Part shown: positions 1 through 8,456 of the stretch, in pieces
How positions within the stretch are numbered: position 1 is the stretch's first letter
Layout of the letters: every line of letters begins with the position of its first letter
Assembly: GCA_965279745.1 (NCBI GenBank)
Contig: OZ257262.1
Location: 329,201 to 361,200 of the forward strand
DNA length: 32,000 bases
DNA from: Mycobacterium sp.
GTDB lineage: Bacteria; Actinomycetota; Actinomycetes; Mycobacteriales; Mycobacteriaceae
Reading direction: 5' to 3'
The notes under the pieces: model-generated
Told to the model about the DNA's origin: nothing
The model's database searches: none
What the model saw: the letters and a program-made list of their open reading frames with translations, nothing else
Translations under genes and position numbers: made by a program

Positions 1-545
1 ACGGTGTCGAGGGTGGCGGGGTCGACCCTGTCGGCTGCCAGGAGATCGGCGTTGTAGTACAACGCGATTCCGGCGTCGGTCAACTGCGGAACGCCCCAGA
101 GTGCGCCGTTGCGGGTGAACTGGGCTTTGACGGAGTTGTCCCAGTCTGGGGCCGGGTCGATCGGCATCAGCCTGCCGTTGTCGGCGTATTCGGCGAAGTT
201 TGCGTTGTTGATCCAGAAGATGTCGTCTGCCCCGCCACCTGCTACATCGGTACGCAAAGTGGTGAAGTAGTTCGCATAGGAGACCACGTCGGTGCGGACT
301 TCGATGTCTGGGTGTTGCCGGGTGAACTCGTCGAAAGACTCGCGATATGCCGCGGCGACCTGCTGATCCCAGAGTCGTACCGTCACGACGGTCTTACCGC
401 TGGCGTGGTCGCGTCCGAGGACAAGTACTGCGCCCACCAATAGCAGCGCGACGCCGATCAGTGCCATCACCAGATCGGCACCAGGGCTGTGAAATCTGCG
501 CCACCACAGCCGTGTGGTCGATTTCGCGGGATCCGGAGGGGTCAC
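1..545 (-). CDS. uspC: ABC transporter extracellular sugar/solute-binding protein, N-terminal 181 codons only (3' end lies beyond the window start)
   Basis: Absent from the ORF track because it has no in-window stop. My own minus-strand translation starts at GTG 545-543, a GTGA overlap with the upstream permease stop at 544-542. It reads VTPPDPAKSTTRLWWRRF..LVMALIGVALLLVGAVLVLG (membrane anchor/signal), then ..VRLWDQQVAAAYRESFDEFTRQHPDIEVRTDVVSYANYF..GGADDIFWINNANFAEYADNGRLMPID..NGALWGVPQLTDAGIALYYN. This is typical of a family-1 sugar SBP N-lobe. It is the third gene of a permease-permease-SBP operon. The symbol comes from recalled synteny with M. tuberculosis uspABC next to Rv2315c/Rv2314c and was not searched. 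Confidence 0.75.
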   Translation of the reverse strand, partial: MTPPDPAKSTTRLWWRRFHSPGADLVMALIGVALLLVGAVLVLGRDHASGKTVVTVRLWDQQVAAAYRESFDEFTRQHPDIEVRTDVVSYANYFTTLRTDVAGGGADDIFWINNANFAEYADNGRLMPIDPAPDWDNSVKAQFTRNGALWGVPQLTDAGIALYYNADLLAADRVDPATLDT

Positions 546-1354
546 TTGAGGCCCGTGACGATGATGGAGCGCACGATGTGACGCTGGAACACCAGGAACA
601 GCGCGAGCAGTGGAACGATCGCGACGGTGGTGGCGGCCATCACCAGCGTCCACTGAGCGTTGTACTGCGATTGCAACCCCGCGGTGGCGACCGTCAGCAC
701 CCGCCACCGACTCCCACTGGTGATCACGAGTGGCCACATGAAAGAATTCCATTGCGAAACCACGGTGATCAGCGTCAGCGTCACAAGGATCGGCTTGCTG
801 GCCGGAAGCACGACATGAACGATGACGTCAAGGGTATTCGCCCCGTCGAGACGCGCCGCGTTGATCAGGTCGGTGGGGATGGTTCGGAAGTACTCCCGCA
901 GCAGGAAGATCGCGTACGGCGAACCGAACATGAGCGGTAAGACCATGGCCCAGAACGTGTTACGCAGGCCGGCTTCGGCCATCATCAGATACAGTGGCAC
1001 CACCGTCACCGTTGCGGGCACCATCAACGTGGCGACGTACACCCAGAACAGCGCCTCGCGACCCGCGAACTCCAGGCGGGCGAACGCATACCCGGCGAGC
1101 ACCGAGAACGTCAGCTGCCCCAGCGTGATCATCGCGGTCATCAGCGCCGTGACGATCAGCGAGCGGCCAAAGCCTGCATTACCGAGGGCCGCATAGTTGG
1201 CCAGCGTCGGAGGCTGGGGGAGTGACAGCGGTGCAGAAGTGGCGAATTGCTGCGCCGAGGTGAACGAGGTGAGCAGCCCCAGCCCGAACGGAGCCAGCGT
1301 GATCAGAGCACCGAGCAGCAGACATCCGTAAATCAGTGCGTTACGCCACGTCAT
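542..1354 (-). CDS. uspB: Carbohydrate ABC transporter permease (MalG/second permease type)
   Basis: ORF 542..1399 has multiple TM segments and the EAA-type loop ..INAARLDGANTLDVIVHVVLPASKP. I prefer the ATG at 1354 (MTWRNALIYGCLLLG..), which overlaps the upstream gene by 14 nt. The GTG at 1399 would overlap it by 59 nt. The start codon remains uncertain. Confidence 0.85.
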   Translation of the reverse strand: MTWRNALIYGCLLLGALITLAPFGLGLLTSFTSAQQFATSAPLSLPQPPTLANYAALGNAGFGRSLIVTALMTAMITLGQLTFSVLAGYAFARLEFAGREALFWVYVATLMVPATVTVVPLYLMMAEAGLRNTFWAMVLPLMFGSPYAIFLLREYFRTIPTDLINAARLDGANTLDVIVHVVLPASKPILVTLTLITVVSQWNSFMWPLVITSGSRWRVLTVATAGLQSQYNAQWTLVMAATTVAIVPLLALFLVFQRHIVRSIIVTGLK

Positions 1355-2213
1355 AGCTGATCCGCCGGCGGAAGTAGAGATGCTGAACGATGGTCGCACC
1401 GACCAGGATGACGAACAGCACTAGCGCCATCACCGACGCCCGGCCAATGGCCGCGGATCCGAATGCCTCGGCATAGATTCGGTGCGCCACCAGGTCGGTT
1501 CGTCCGGCCGGGCCGCCGTCCGTGAGGGCATACACGGTGTCGAATACCTGCGCAGCGCTGACAATCCCGGTGACGGATACGAAGAACAGCGTCGGTCGGA
1601 GCATCGGCAGGGTGATGTGCCGGAACCGCTGCCAGGAGGTAGCGCCATCGAGTCGGGCAGCTGCGTGCAGCTGGGCCGGAATGGCCAGGATGCCGGCCAG
1701 GAAGAACAAAGTGACGTAGCCGACGTTGGTCCAGACAGTCACTGCGGAGACCACCGGCAGCGCCAGGCCCGGGTCGGTCAACCATTCGATGTGTCTGCCC
1801 AGCACCGTGCTGACCGCACCGTCGGTGGGCGCCAGGATCCAGCGCCACAACACCCCGATCGCCAGGGGCGAGCAGATCCACGGCACCACGTACAGGGTGC
1901 GGAACACCCCGGAGCCCGGTAATTCGCGGGCCAGCAGCGCGGCTGCCAAGAGTCCGAACACCGTCTGGGCCGGCACGACGATCGCGATGAAGATCACCGT
2001 GACCAGCAGCGAATTGCCAAACGACGGGTCGCTGAGGACAGAACGCCAATTGTCCATTCCCACATAGCTAATGGGCCCCAGCAGGTCCCAGCGGTGCACA
2101 CTCAGCCACACCACGACCAGCATGGGCAACAGGAGGAAGCACACCACCCCGAACAGGCTCGGTGCCAGCAGTGAATACCCGAGCAGGCTTGCGCGCGCAC
2201 GCCGGGTAGTCAT
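1341..2213 (-). CDS. uspA: Carbohydrate ABC transporter permease (MalF/first permease type), 290 aa
   Basis: Polytopic membrane protein with the EAA loop AARLDGATSWQRFRHITLPMLRP. It is the first gene of the minus-strand operon. Its length and context match the recalled Mtb uspA. Confidence 0.9.
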   Translation of the reverse strand: MTTRRARASLLGYSLLAPSLFGVVCFLLLPMLVVVWLSVHRWDLLGPISYVGMDNWRSVLSDPSFGNSLLVTVIFIAIVVPAQTVFGLLAAALLARELPGSGVFRTLYVVPWICSPLAIGVLWRWILAPTDGAVSTVLGRHIEWLTDPGLALPVVSAVTVWTNVGYVTLFFLAGILAIPAQLHAAARLDGATSWQRFRHITLPMLRPTLFFVSVTGIVSAAQVFDTVYALTDGGPAGRTDLVAHRIYAEAFGSAAIGRASVMALVLFVILVGATIVQHLYFRRRISYDVA

Positions 2214-2231
2214 GGCCGATACGGTAGACCG

Positions 2232-3761
2232 GTGAGAGCGCCCTCGGTCAATGCCCGGACTGTAGACCCGGACTTCCTCGCCTTACCCCGCCATCGGTTG
2301 GCTGATGCCGCGTTATCGGCGGCCTTAGAAGCGGGAGCCGACTACGCAGATCTGCGCATCCACTCGCTTACCACTGAGGTCGTGCAGTTGCGCGATGGTG
2401 AACTGGAGACCGCCGTCCTGGATCGGGAGATCGGGCTCGCGGTGCGGGTGATCGTCGATGGAACGTGGGGCTTCGCCTCTCATGCGGAGCTTGCGCCCGA
2501 GGTCGCCGCGGAAACGGCCCGACGGGCGGTGGCGGTGGCAACGACATTGGCATCGCTGAATGCCGAACGTGTCGAGTTGGCCCAGGAACCCGTCTACCAG
2601 GACGCCACGTGGGTGTCGGCCTACCAGATCGATCCGTTCGAGATCTCCACCGCCGACAAGATCGCCGTGCTCGATGAGTACTCGGGTCGGCTGTTGGCGG
2701 CAGATGGGGTGGATCACGTTTCGGCGATGGTGAACAGCGTTAAAGAGAAGGTGTTCTACGCGGACACCTTTGGATCCTCGATCACTCAGCAGCGGGTGCG
2801 GGTGATGCCGGGGTTGGAGGCGATCAGCGTCGATAGTGCGGCGGGTGGCTTCGAGTCGATGCACACGCTGGCCCCGCCCACAGCTCGGGGCTGGGAGGCC
2901 GTTGCCGGGGATCAGGTGTGGGACTGGTCCGCCGAGTTAGCTGAGTTGCCAACGCTGCTGGCGGAGAAGACCAAGGCGCCCAGCGTTATTGCCGGCCCGA
3001 CGGATCTGGTGATCGACCCGACGAATTTGTGGCTGACCATCCACGAGTCCATAGGTCACGCAACAGAATACGACCGGGCGATCGGATATGAAGCGGCATA
3101 CGCCGGGACGTCGTTCGCCACGCCGGACAAGCTCAATGTGATGCCCTACGGCTCGCCGGTCATGAACGTCACCGCCGATCGCACCGTCGAGTTCGGTTTG
3201 GCTACAACCGGTTACGACGATGAAGGCGTGTCATCGCAGAGTTGGGATCTGGTCCGTGACGGCGTGTTTGTCGGGTATCAGCTGGACCGGGTGTTCGCGC
3301 CGCGGCTTGGTGTGGCCCGCTCCAACGGCTGCTCGTACGCCGACTCCCCACACCATGTGCCGATCCAGCGGATGGCCAATGTTTCCTTGCAGCCCGGGCC
3401 CGAGGACCTGAGTACTGAGGATCTGATCTCACGGGTGCAGGACGGCATCTATATCGTCGGTGACAAATCGTGGTCGATTGATATGCAGCGCTACAACTTC
3501 CAGTTCACTGGTCAGCGATTCTTCCGGATCAGGGACGGCCGGCTCGACGGTCAATTGCGGGATGTGGCGTATCAGGCCACGACCACCGATTTCTGGAATT
3601 CGATGGAAGCAGTCGGCGGCCGATCGACCTGGCGACTCGGCGGGGCGTTCAACTGTGGCAAGGCTCAGCCGGGGCAGGTGGCGGCGGTCAGTCATGGCTG
3701 TCCGTCGGCGCTGTTCCGGGGGGTTAACGTACTGAACACCCGTGCGGAATCCGGCCGATGA
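2232..3761 (+). CDS. TldD-family zinc metalloprotease (TldD/PmbA superfamily), 509 aa
   Basis: Intact HExxxH motif in LTIHESIGHATEYDR. The C-terminal part (GGAFNCGKAQPGQ..VSHGCP) is typical of TldD. It is followed by a PmbA-like partner gene. The GTG start lies only 18 nt from the divergent uspA start. Confidence 0.9.
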   Translation: MRAPSVNARTVDPDFLALPRHRLADAALSAALEAGADYADLRIHSLTTEVVQLRDGELETAVLDREIGLAVRVIVDGTWGFASHAELAPEVAAETARRAVAVATTLASLNAERVELAQEPVYQDATWVSAYQIDPFEISTADKIAVLDEYSGRLLAADGVDHVSAMVNSVKEKVFYADTFGSSITQQRVRVMPGLEAISVDSAAGGFESMHTLAPPTARGWEAVAGDQVWDWSAELAELPTLLAEKTKAPSVIAGPTDLVIDPTNLWLTIHESIGHATEYDRAIGYEAAYAGTSFATPDKLNVMPYGSPVMNVTADRTVEFGLATTGYDDEGVSSQSWDLVRDGVFVGYQLDRVFAPRLGVARSNGCSYADSPHHVPIQRMANVSLQPGPEDLSTEDLISRVQDGIYIVGDKSWSIDMQRYNFQFTGQRFFRIRDGRLDGQLRDVAYQATTTDFWNSMEAVGGRSTWRLGGAFNCGKAQPGQVAAVSHGCPSALFRGVNVLNTRAESGR

Positions 3762-3798
3762 GCGAGAGCGAAGAGGTCACATTGAGACGGAGCCGCGC

Positions 3799-5172
3799 AT
3801 GATCCCCGCTCAGCAGGCCGTCGAACTCGCACTGCAGGCCGCCGAACGGTCGGGGCGACACGGGGAGACCATTGTGATCGTCACCGATCGGGCCGAGGCG
3901 TCCCTGCGGTGGGCCGGCAATTCGATGACCACCAACGGGGTCTCGACATCCCGCAGCACTGCGGTGGTGTCTGTTGTCGAGCGGGGAAGCACCTCCCATA
4001 CCGGTTCGGTTCGATCGAGCGAAGTTGATCCTGCTGCGATCGCTGCATTGGTGGCCGCAGCCGGGGAAGCCGCCCTTGCCGCACCCGAAGCCCGCGACAG
4101 CGCACCACTGGTGACGGGCACGAGTGCGCCGGACGATTGGAACGAACCGGTGCCCGACACCGGTGCTGAAGTCTTCGGTGATGTAGCGCGGTCCTTGTCG
4201 ACCGGCTTCGGCGGCGCCGACCGGCTTTACGGCTACGCCCATCACGTGGTGGAGACGACGTTCTTGGCTACATCGACCGGGGTGCGCCGGCGATTCACCC
4301 AGCCGACCGGGTCGGTGGAGATCAACGCCAAGCGAGCCGGTGCGAGCGCGTGGGCGGGGGTGGGCACGCCGTGGTTCGCGGACGTGTCAACCGATGCGCT
4401 GCTCGCTGAACTGTCGACTCGCCTCGATTGGGCCGGGCGCACTGTCGAACTGCCGGCCGGACGCTACGAGACGATTCTGCCGCCGTCGGCTGTCGCCGAC
4501 ATGATGATCTACCTCGGCTGGTCGATGGACGGTCGCGGTGCCCAAGAGGGCCGGACCGCGTTGTCCGCACCGAGCGGTGGAACGCGGGTTGGGGAGAAGC
4601 TGACCGATCTGGGGTTGACGATGTACTCCGATCCATCGGCTGCGGGGTTGGAGTGCTCGCCGTTCGTGGCCGCCTCGACCAGCTCGGAAACCTTGTCCGT
4701 CTTCGACAATGGGTTGGACATCGGGCGAGTCGATTGGATTCGTGACGGCACCATCAACGCCTTGGCGTATCCGCGCGGAGCAGCCAGCGAGTTCGGAGTG
4801 GACGCTGCGGTGCCCGCCGACAATCTGCTGATGACCGGAGGTTCGGCCGGTCTCGCCGACATGGTCGCGAATACTGAGCGCGGGCTGTTGCTGACCACCT
4901 TGTGGTACATCCGCACTGTCGACCCGATCACGCTATTGCTTACCGGGCTGACTCGTGATGGCGTTTACCTGATCGAAGACGGCCAGGTTTCCGCTGCCGT
5001 CAACAACTTTCGGTTCAACGAGAGTCCGTTGGACCTGCTCCGGCGCGCTAGCGAGGCGGGTATCAGTGAGAAGACGTTGCCTCGTGAGTGGGGCGACTGG
5101 GCGACTCGAGCCGTCATGCCGCCGCTTCGCATTCCGGACTTCCACATGTCGTCGGTCAGTCAGGCGCAATAG
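3799..5172 (+). CDS. PmbA/TldE-family protein (non-catalytic partner of TldD), 457 aa from ATG 3799
   Basis: ORF 3742..5172 has TldD/PmbA-fold sequence but no HExxxH. The ATG at 3799 (MIPAQQAVELALQAAE..) avoids the 20-nt overlap that the GTG at 3742 would create. It gives the 457-aa length I recall for the Mtb orthologue Rv2314c. Confidence 0.85.
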   Translation: MIPAQQAVELALQAAERSGRHGETIVIVTDRAEASLRWAGNSMTTNGVSTSRSTAVVSVVERGSTSHTGSVRSSEVDPAAIAALVAAAGEAALAAPEARDSAPLVTGTSAPDDWNEPVPDTGAEVFGDVARSLSTGFGGADRLYGYAHHVVETTFLATSTGVRRRFTQPTGSVEINAKRAGASAWAGVGTPWFADVSTDALLAELSTRLDWAGRTVELPAGRYETILPPSAVADMMIYLGWSMDGRGAQEGRTALSAPSGGTRVGEKLTDLGLTMYSDPSAAGLECSPFVAASTSSETLSVFDNGLDIGRVDWIRDGTINALAYPRGAASEFGVDAAVPADNLLMTGGSAGLADMVANTERGLLLTTLWYIRTVDPITLLLTGLTRDGVYLIEDGQVSAAVNNFRFNESPLDLLRRASEAGISEKTLPREWGDWATRAVMPPLRIPDFHMSSVSQAQ

Positions 5173-6202
5173 CGCGCACAGTCGCCAGCGCGGCATCGAC
5201 TTGGTCGGGGGTAGTGGCCCACGAGCAAACGAAGCGGACGATGGGTTGTAGTGGGTCCGGTTGGTGTACCGCAAAGCTTTTCGAGAGTTCGTTGTAGGTG
5301 TCCGAGGTTAGGGTGACGAAGACCTCGTTGGCCTCGGTGGGGGCGGCCAGATCGAGCCCGAGCCCAGTGAATCCGGCGCTGAGCCGAGCGGCCATGGCGT
5401 TGGCGTGGCCGGCCAGAGTCAACCACTGACCGTCACCGAAGATGGCCTCAAACTGGGCAGCGACGAACCGCTGCTTGCTGCCCAGGTGACCGATTTGCTT
5501 GTGGACGAAATGGATTCCGTCGAAGAGTTCTGGCCGCCGGATCAGGATCGCCTCGCCGAACAGCATGCCGTTCTTGGTGCCACCGACCGTGACGATGTCC
5601 GCATCACCGATCGCGTCCCTCGGTGTTGTGCCCACTGCCGCAACGGCATTGGCGATCCGTGCTCCGTCGACATGAACCAGCAAGTCGAGCGCATGCGCGT
5701 GGTCGATAAAGTCTGCAATCAGTTGCGGGGGCCAGACACGTCCGTTTTCGGTGGACTGGGTGATGGTGACGATCCGGGGCTGTGAATGGTGTACCTCGCC
5801 GCGCCTCATGGTGACGAGACGGTCGAGGTGAGCAGGGTCGATGAGCCCGTCATCGCTGGGCATCGGGGTGAGTTGGGCGCCGGAGAGACGGACCGGTCCG
5901 CCGGCTTCGTCGATCAGGACGTGCGCGATATCGCTGCAGAGGATCTCGTTCCAGGGCCGGATACCTGAGGACAAGGCGGTGATATTGGCGCCGGTGCCGG
6001 TGAAGGCGAACAAGACGTCGGCGTGCGGGGAGGAAAACGCGTCCTTGATGAGTTTCGCGGCCCGCTCGGTGAAGGGGTCGGAACCGTAGGAGCCGGTCGG
6101 TCCGTCGTTGGCGGCGACGACCGCGTCGATGGCAATTGGGTGGGCAGGGGCGCAGTTGTCCGAGGCGAACGCTGCAGAGGGTGTTCCAGACACGAGGGTC
6201 AT
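5156..6202 (-). CDS. Threonine aldolase / beta-eliminating lyase family PLP-dependent enzyme
   Basis: Fold-type I PLP enzyme with the PLP-lysine motif VTVGGTKNGMLFGEAI and N-terminal FASDN..GSYGSDP. The ORF is open to 6268, but that is 5 nt from the tRNA, so the ATG at 6202 (MTLVSGTPSAAFASDN) is preferred. Its 3' end converges on and overlaps the PmbA-like gene by 17 nt. Confidence 0.8.
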   Translation of the reverse strand: MTLVSGTPSAAFASDNCAPAHPIAIDAVVAANDGPTGSYGSDPFTERAAKLIKDAFSSPHADVLFAFTGTGANITALSSGIRPWNEILCSDIAHVLIDEAGGPVRLSGAQLTPMPSDDGLIDPAHLDRLVTMRRGEVHHSQPRIVTITQSTENGRVWPPQLIADFIDHAHALDLLVHVDGARIANAVAAVGTTPRDAIGDADIVTVGGTKNGMLFGEAILIRRPELFDGIHFVHKQIGHLGSKQRFVAAQFEAIFGDGQWLTLAGHANAMAARLSAGFTGLGLDLAAPTEANEVFVTLTSDTYNELSKSFAVHQPDPLQPIVRFVCSWATTPDQVDAALATVRAIAPD

Positions 6203-6272
6203 GATCCCATTTGGTGGGTTCGCTCCAGTGCATGAGAACAGCGCATGGGAACATTGGTGCCGCGTCACGCAG

Positions 6273-6349
6273 GGGGCGGTAGCTCAGTTGGTTAGAGCCG
6301 CGGACTCATAATCCGTTGGTCGCGGGTTCGAGCCCCGCCCGCCCTACCA
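6273..6349 (+). tRNA. tRNA-Met, anticodon CAU (elongator-like), genomically encoded CCA
   Basis: Folded by hand. Acceptor stem GGGGCGG/CCGCCCT (G1-U72). D arm GCTC-AGTTGGTT-AGAGC. Anticodon stem GCGGA/TCCGT with loop CTCATAA. Variable loop TGGTC. T arm GCGGG-TTCGAGC-CCCGC. Discriminator A, then CCA. It lacks the three G-C pairs at the base of the anticodon stem that mark initiator tRNA. I cannot exclude tRNA-Ile2 (lysidine-modified CAU). Confidence 0.9.
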
Positions 6350-6356
6350 AGCTCTG
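6341..6356. repeat. Left copy of the 16-bp direct repeat GCCCTACCAAGCTCTG flanking the IS481-family element (target-site duplication)
   Basis: An identical 16-mer occurs at 7713-7728, directly abutting both IS ends. It includes the last 9 nt of tRNA-Met. Confidence 0.8.
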
Positions 6357-7712
6357 TGTATGACGTCGGTTGATGCTTGACGTTTCGTCTTCGGGTGATG
6401 CCTGACAGTGTTTCGGCTGATGCTTGACAGTTACTTCGGTTGATTCTTGACACTCCCTTAATGAGGGAGATCAGCGTGGCTGAGCAGAGGTATCAGGCGG
6501 TGTTGGCCGTCATCAGTGATGGGTTGTCGATTTCGCAGGTGGCGAGCAAGGTCGGGGTGTCTCGGCAGACCGTGCATGCCTGGTTGGCCCGGTATGAGGC
6601 TGAGGGTCTGGAAGGGCTGAACGATCGGTCGCATCGGCCAGCGAACTGTCCGCATCAGATGCCCGCCGAGGTGGAGGCCGCGGTCTTGGAGTTGCGCCGG
6701 TCACGCCCGTATTGGGGGCCGCGGCGGCTGGTGTTCGAACTGGCTAAACGCAAGGTGCGACCAGTGCCGTCGGAATCGGCGGTGTATCGGGCATTGGTAC
6801 GAGCCGCCATGATCGATCCGACCTTGCGTGATCGGCGATCCCGTAAGTGGAAACGTTGGGAACGCGGTTCAGCGATGGAGTTGTGGCAGATGGACGTCGT
6901 CGGCGGGTTCCCGCTCGCTGATGGCACCAGCGCCAAAGCGCTGACCGGGATTGATGATCACTCCCGGATGTGCGTGTGCGCCCGGTTAATGAGCGCCGAA
7001 CGCACCCGGGCGGTGTGCGACGGACTGCGCGAGGCGTTGGCTACCTATGGGGCTCCCGAGCAGATCTTGACCGACAACGGAAAGGTGTTTACAGGCCGGT
7101 TCAACCATCCGCCTGTAGAGGTGCTCTTTGATGCGATCTGCCGCGAGCAGGGGATCGAGCATCTGTTGACTCAGCCGCGCAGTCCGACCACGACGGGAAA
7201 GATCGAACGATTTCACCGCAGTCTGCGCGCCGAGTTCCTCAGCGAACAAACAGCTTTCCGCAATCTGAAGACAGCTCAGCAGGCACTCGACGAGTGGGTG
7301 GAGTATTACAACACTGCCCGGCCGCACCAGTCGCTGAGATGGACACTCCCGCTCAACGGTTCACCGCCGGCGGTCCTCCCCAGCGTTCATCGACTCCAAC
7401 TGCGATCTCTACCGACCGCACGGGCGAACACTGGGTCAGCCGCAAGGTCTGCGCCAACGGCATCGTCTGTGTGTCCTGGCAACAGGTTTCAGTCGGGGTT
7501 CACCGGGCCGGAGCTCGCTGCGATGTCCACGTCGATGGTGAGCTGTTGCGTTTCTGGATCGGCGAGGAACTAGTCAAGACCGCCACGCGGACCAGCCACG
7601 GCGAGGTAAGAAATAAACGGGCCGCCCGCACCCGCGAGCAGGCCTAACACAACACAAAGAGTGTCAAGGATCAACCGACGCTGAAACGTCAAGAATCAAC
7701 CGACTCTGAACA
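6357..7712 (+). mobile_element. IS481-family insertion sequence, 1356 bp
   Basis: The ends have the TGT...ACA form. IRL is TGTATGACGTCGGTTGATGCTTGACGTTTC. The reverse complement of IRR is TGTTCAGAGTCGGTTGATTCTTGACGTTTC, and the core GTCGGTTGATnCTTGACGTTTC matches at 21 of 22 positions. It carries a single DDE transposase gene and is flanked by a 16-bp direct repeat. Confidence 0.8.
6461..7647 (+). pseudogene. IS481-family DDE transposase, interrupted by a 1-nt frameshift near 7336-7338
   Basis: Frame A (6440/6461..7573) carries the HTH region (SISQVASKVGVSRQTVHAWLARY) and the integrase core (WQMDVV..DDHSR..LTDNGKVF..TTGKIERFH..YYNTARPHQSL), then turns into nonsense. Frame B (..7647) continues with the expected family C-terminus MDTPAQRF..EHWVSRKVCANGIVCVSWQQVSVGVHRAGARCDVHVDGELLRFWIGEELVKTATRTSHGEVRNKRA. 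There is no slippery heptamer at the junction (tcgctgagatgg). Confidence 0.8.
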
Positions 7713-7728
7713 GCCCTACCAAGCTCTG
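7713..7728. repeat. Right copy of the 16-bp direct repeat GCCCTACCAAGCTCTG
   Basis: Identical to 6341-6356 and immediately follows the IS right end (..tctgaaca). Confidence 0.8.
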
Positions 7729-7754
7729 GTGTATTCAGTGTGTATCGTTGGTGT

Positions 7755-7964
7755 ATGTCGCGAACCAACATTGAAATCGATGACGAGCTCATCGGTCAGG
7801 TGATGCGGCGATTCGGCGTGGCGACCAAGAAGCAGGCTGTTGACCTGGCTCTGCGGCGTCTGGTTGGCGTGCCTTTAACCCGCGACTTTTTGCTGGGTCT
7901 CGAAGGCGTCGGTTGGGACGTGGGGCTTGACGACGTCCGCCGAGAGCTGCCCGGCGAGTTCTGA
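7755..7964 (+). CDS. vapB: Type II antitoxin, VapB family
   Basis: [37 protein letters not shown] is the classic VapB N-terminus. Its stop overlaps the vapC ATG (TGATG). The ATG at 7755 is preferred over the GTG at 7740. Confidence 0.8.
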   Translation: MSRTNIEIDDELIGQVMRRFGVATKKQAVDLALRRLVGVPLTRDFLLGLEGVGWDVGLDDVRRELPGEF

Positions 7965-8368
7965 TGATCCTGATCGACACGTCGGCATGGATCGAGTACT
8001 TCCGCGCGACCGGGTCGGCTGCCGCAGTCGAGGTGCGGCGACTCTTGTCGACCGAGGCGGGTCGGGTTGTGATCTGTGAGCCCGTCGCGATGGAGATCTT
8101 GTCGGGTGCGATCGACGATGGACGGTATGCCAAGCTTGAGCAGCTCGTGAACGGGTTACCCTCGCTGAGCGTGGATGACGCTGTCGACTTCCGCACGGCC
8201 GCAACGATCTACCGGACCGCCAGGCGCGCCGGTCAGACGATCCGCAGTGTGAACGACTGCCTGATCGCCGCAGTATCGATTCGCCACGGCGCCAGCGTTG
8301 TTCACCGTGATGCGGACTTTGAAGTGATCGCGGCGATCACAGGTCTGGCCGCAGAATCGTTTTGGTAG
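7964..8368 (+). CDS. vapC: Type II toxin VapC, PIN-domain ribonuclease, 134 aa
   Basis: [47 protein letters not shown] carries the PIN acidic residues in their canonical spacing. It is translationally coupled to vapB. Confidence 0.9.
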   Translation: MILIDTSAWIEYFRATGSAAAVEVRRLLSTEAGRVVICEPVAMEILSGAIDDGRYAKLEQLVNGLPSLSVDDAVDFRTAATIYRTARRAGQTIRSVNDCLIAAVSIRHGASVVHRDADFEVIAAITGLAAESFW

Positions 8369-8381
8369 CGATGTGCAAGTT

Positions 8382-8410
8382 TTGACAGCTGCCCCAGACA
8401 TTGCTGCAAT
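8382..8410 (+). promoter_or_regulatory. Candidate sigma-A-type promoter for the secreted-protein gene
   Basis: TTGACA (8382-8387), a 17-nt spacer, then TGCAAT (8405-8410). It lies about 47 nt upstream of ATG 8457. An AGGGG Shine-Dalgarno sits 7 nt before the ATG. Confidence 0.4.
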
Positions 8411-8456
8411 TGATGCAGGTGCGCCCAGAAGACGCGCCCAGAACAGGGGTTCTGCA

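Noticed and set aside
347-2067. Plus-strand ORFs 347..940, 822..1196, 1482..1922, 1522..1719 and 1726..2067, and minus-strand ORFs 1351..2049 and 1430..1648.
   Set aside because: They lie entirely inside the well-supported permease and SBP genes in alternative frames. Their Arg/Pro/Gly-rich composition is typical of out-of-frame high-GC DNA.
6203-6268. The longer start (6268) for the threonine-aldolase-family gene. Similarly, long starts 8373 (secreted protein), 8822 (esterase), 3742 (PmbA-like) and 6440 (transposase).
   Set aside because: The extended N-termini abut or overlap neighbouring features (5 nt from the tRNA, or 64-nt and 20-nt overlaps). They add non-conserved-looking residues. 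Internal ATGs give canonical N-termini or signal peptides. The choices remain unverified.
6273-6349. Calling the CAU tRNA an initiator tRNA-fMet.
   Set aside because: The anticodon stem is GCGGA/TCCGT, not the three consecutive G-C pairs that characterise initiators. Position 1-72 is a G-U pair rather than the C-A mismatch. Elongator Met is the best call, though Ile2 is not excluded.
7330-7345. Programmed ribosomal frameshifting in the IS481-family transposase.
   Set aside because: As far as I know, IS481-family transposases are normally single ORFs. The junction (tcgctgagatgg) has no slippery heptamer or obvious downstream structure. A 1-nt mutation or a sequencing error is the simpler explanation.
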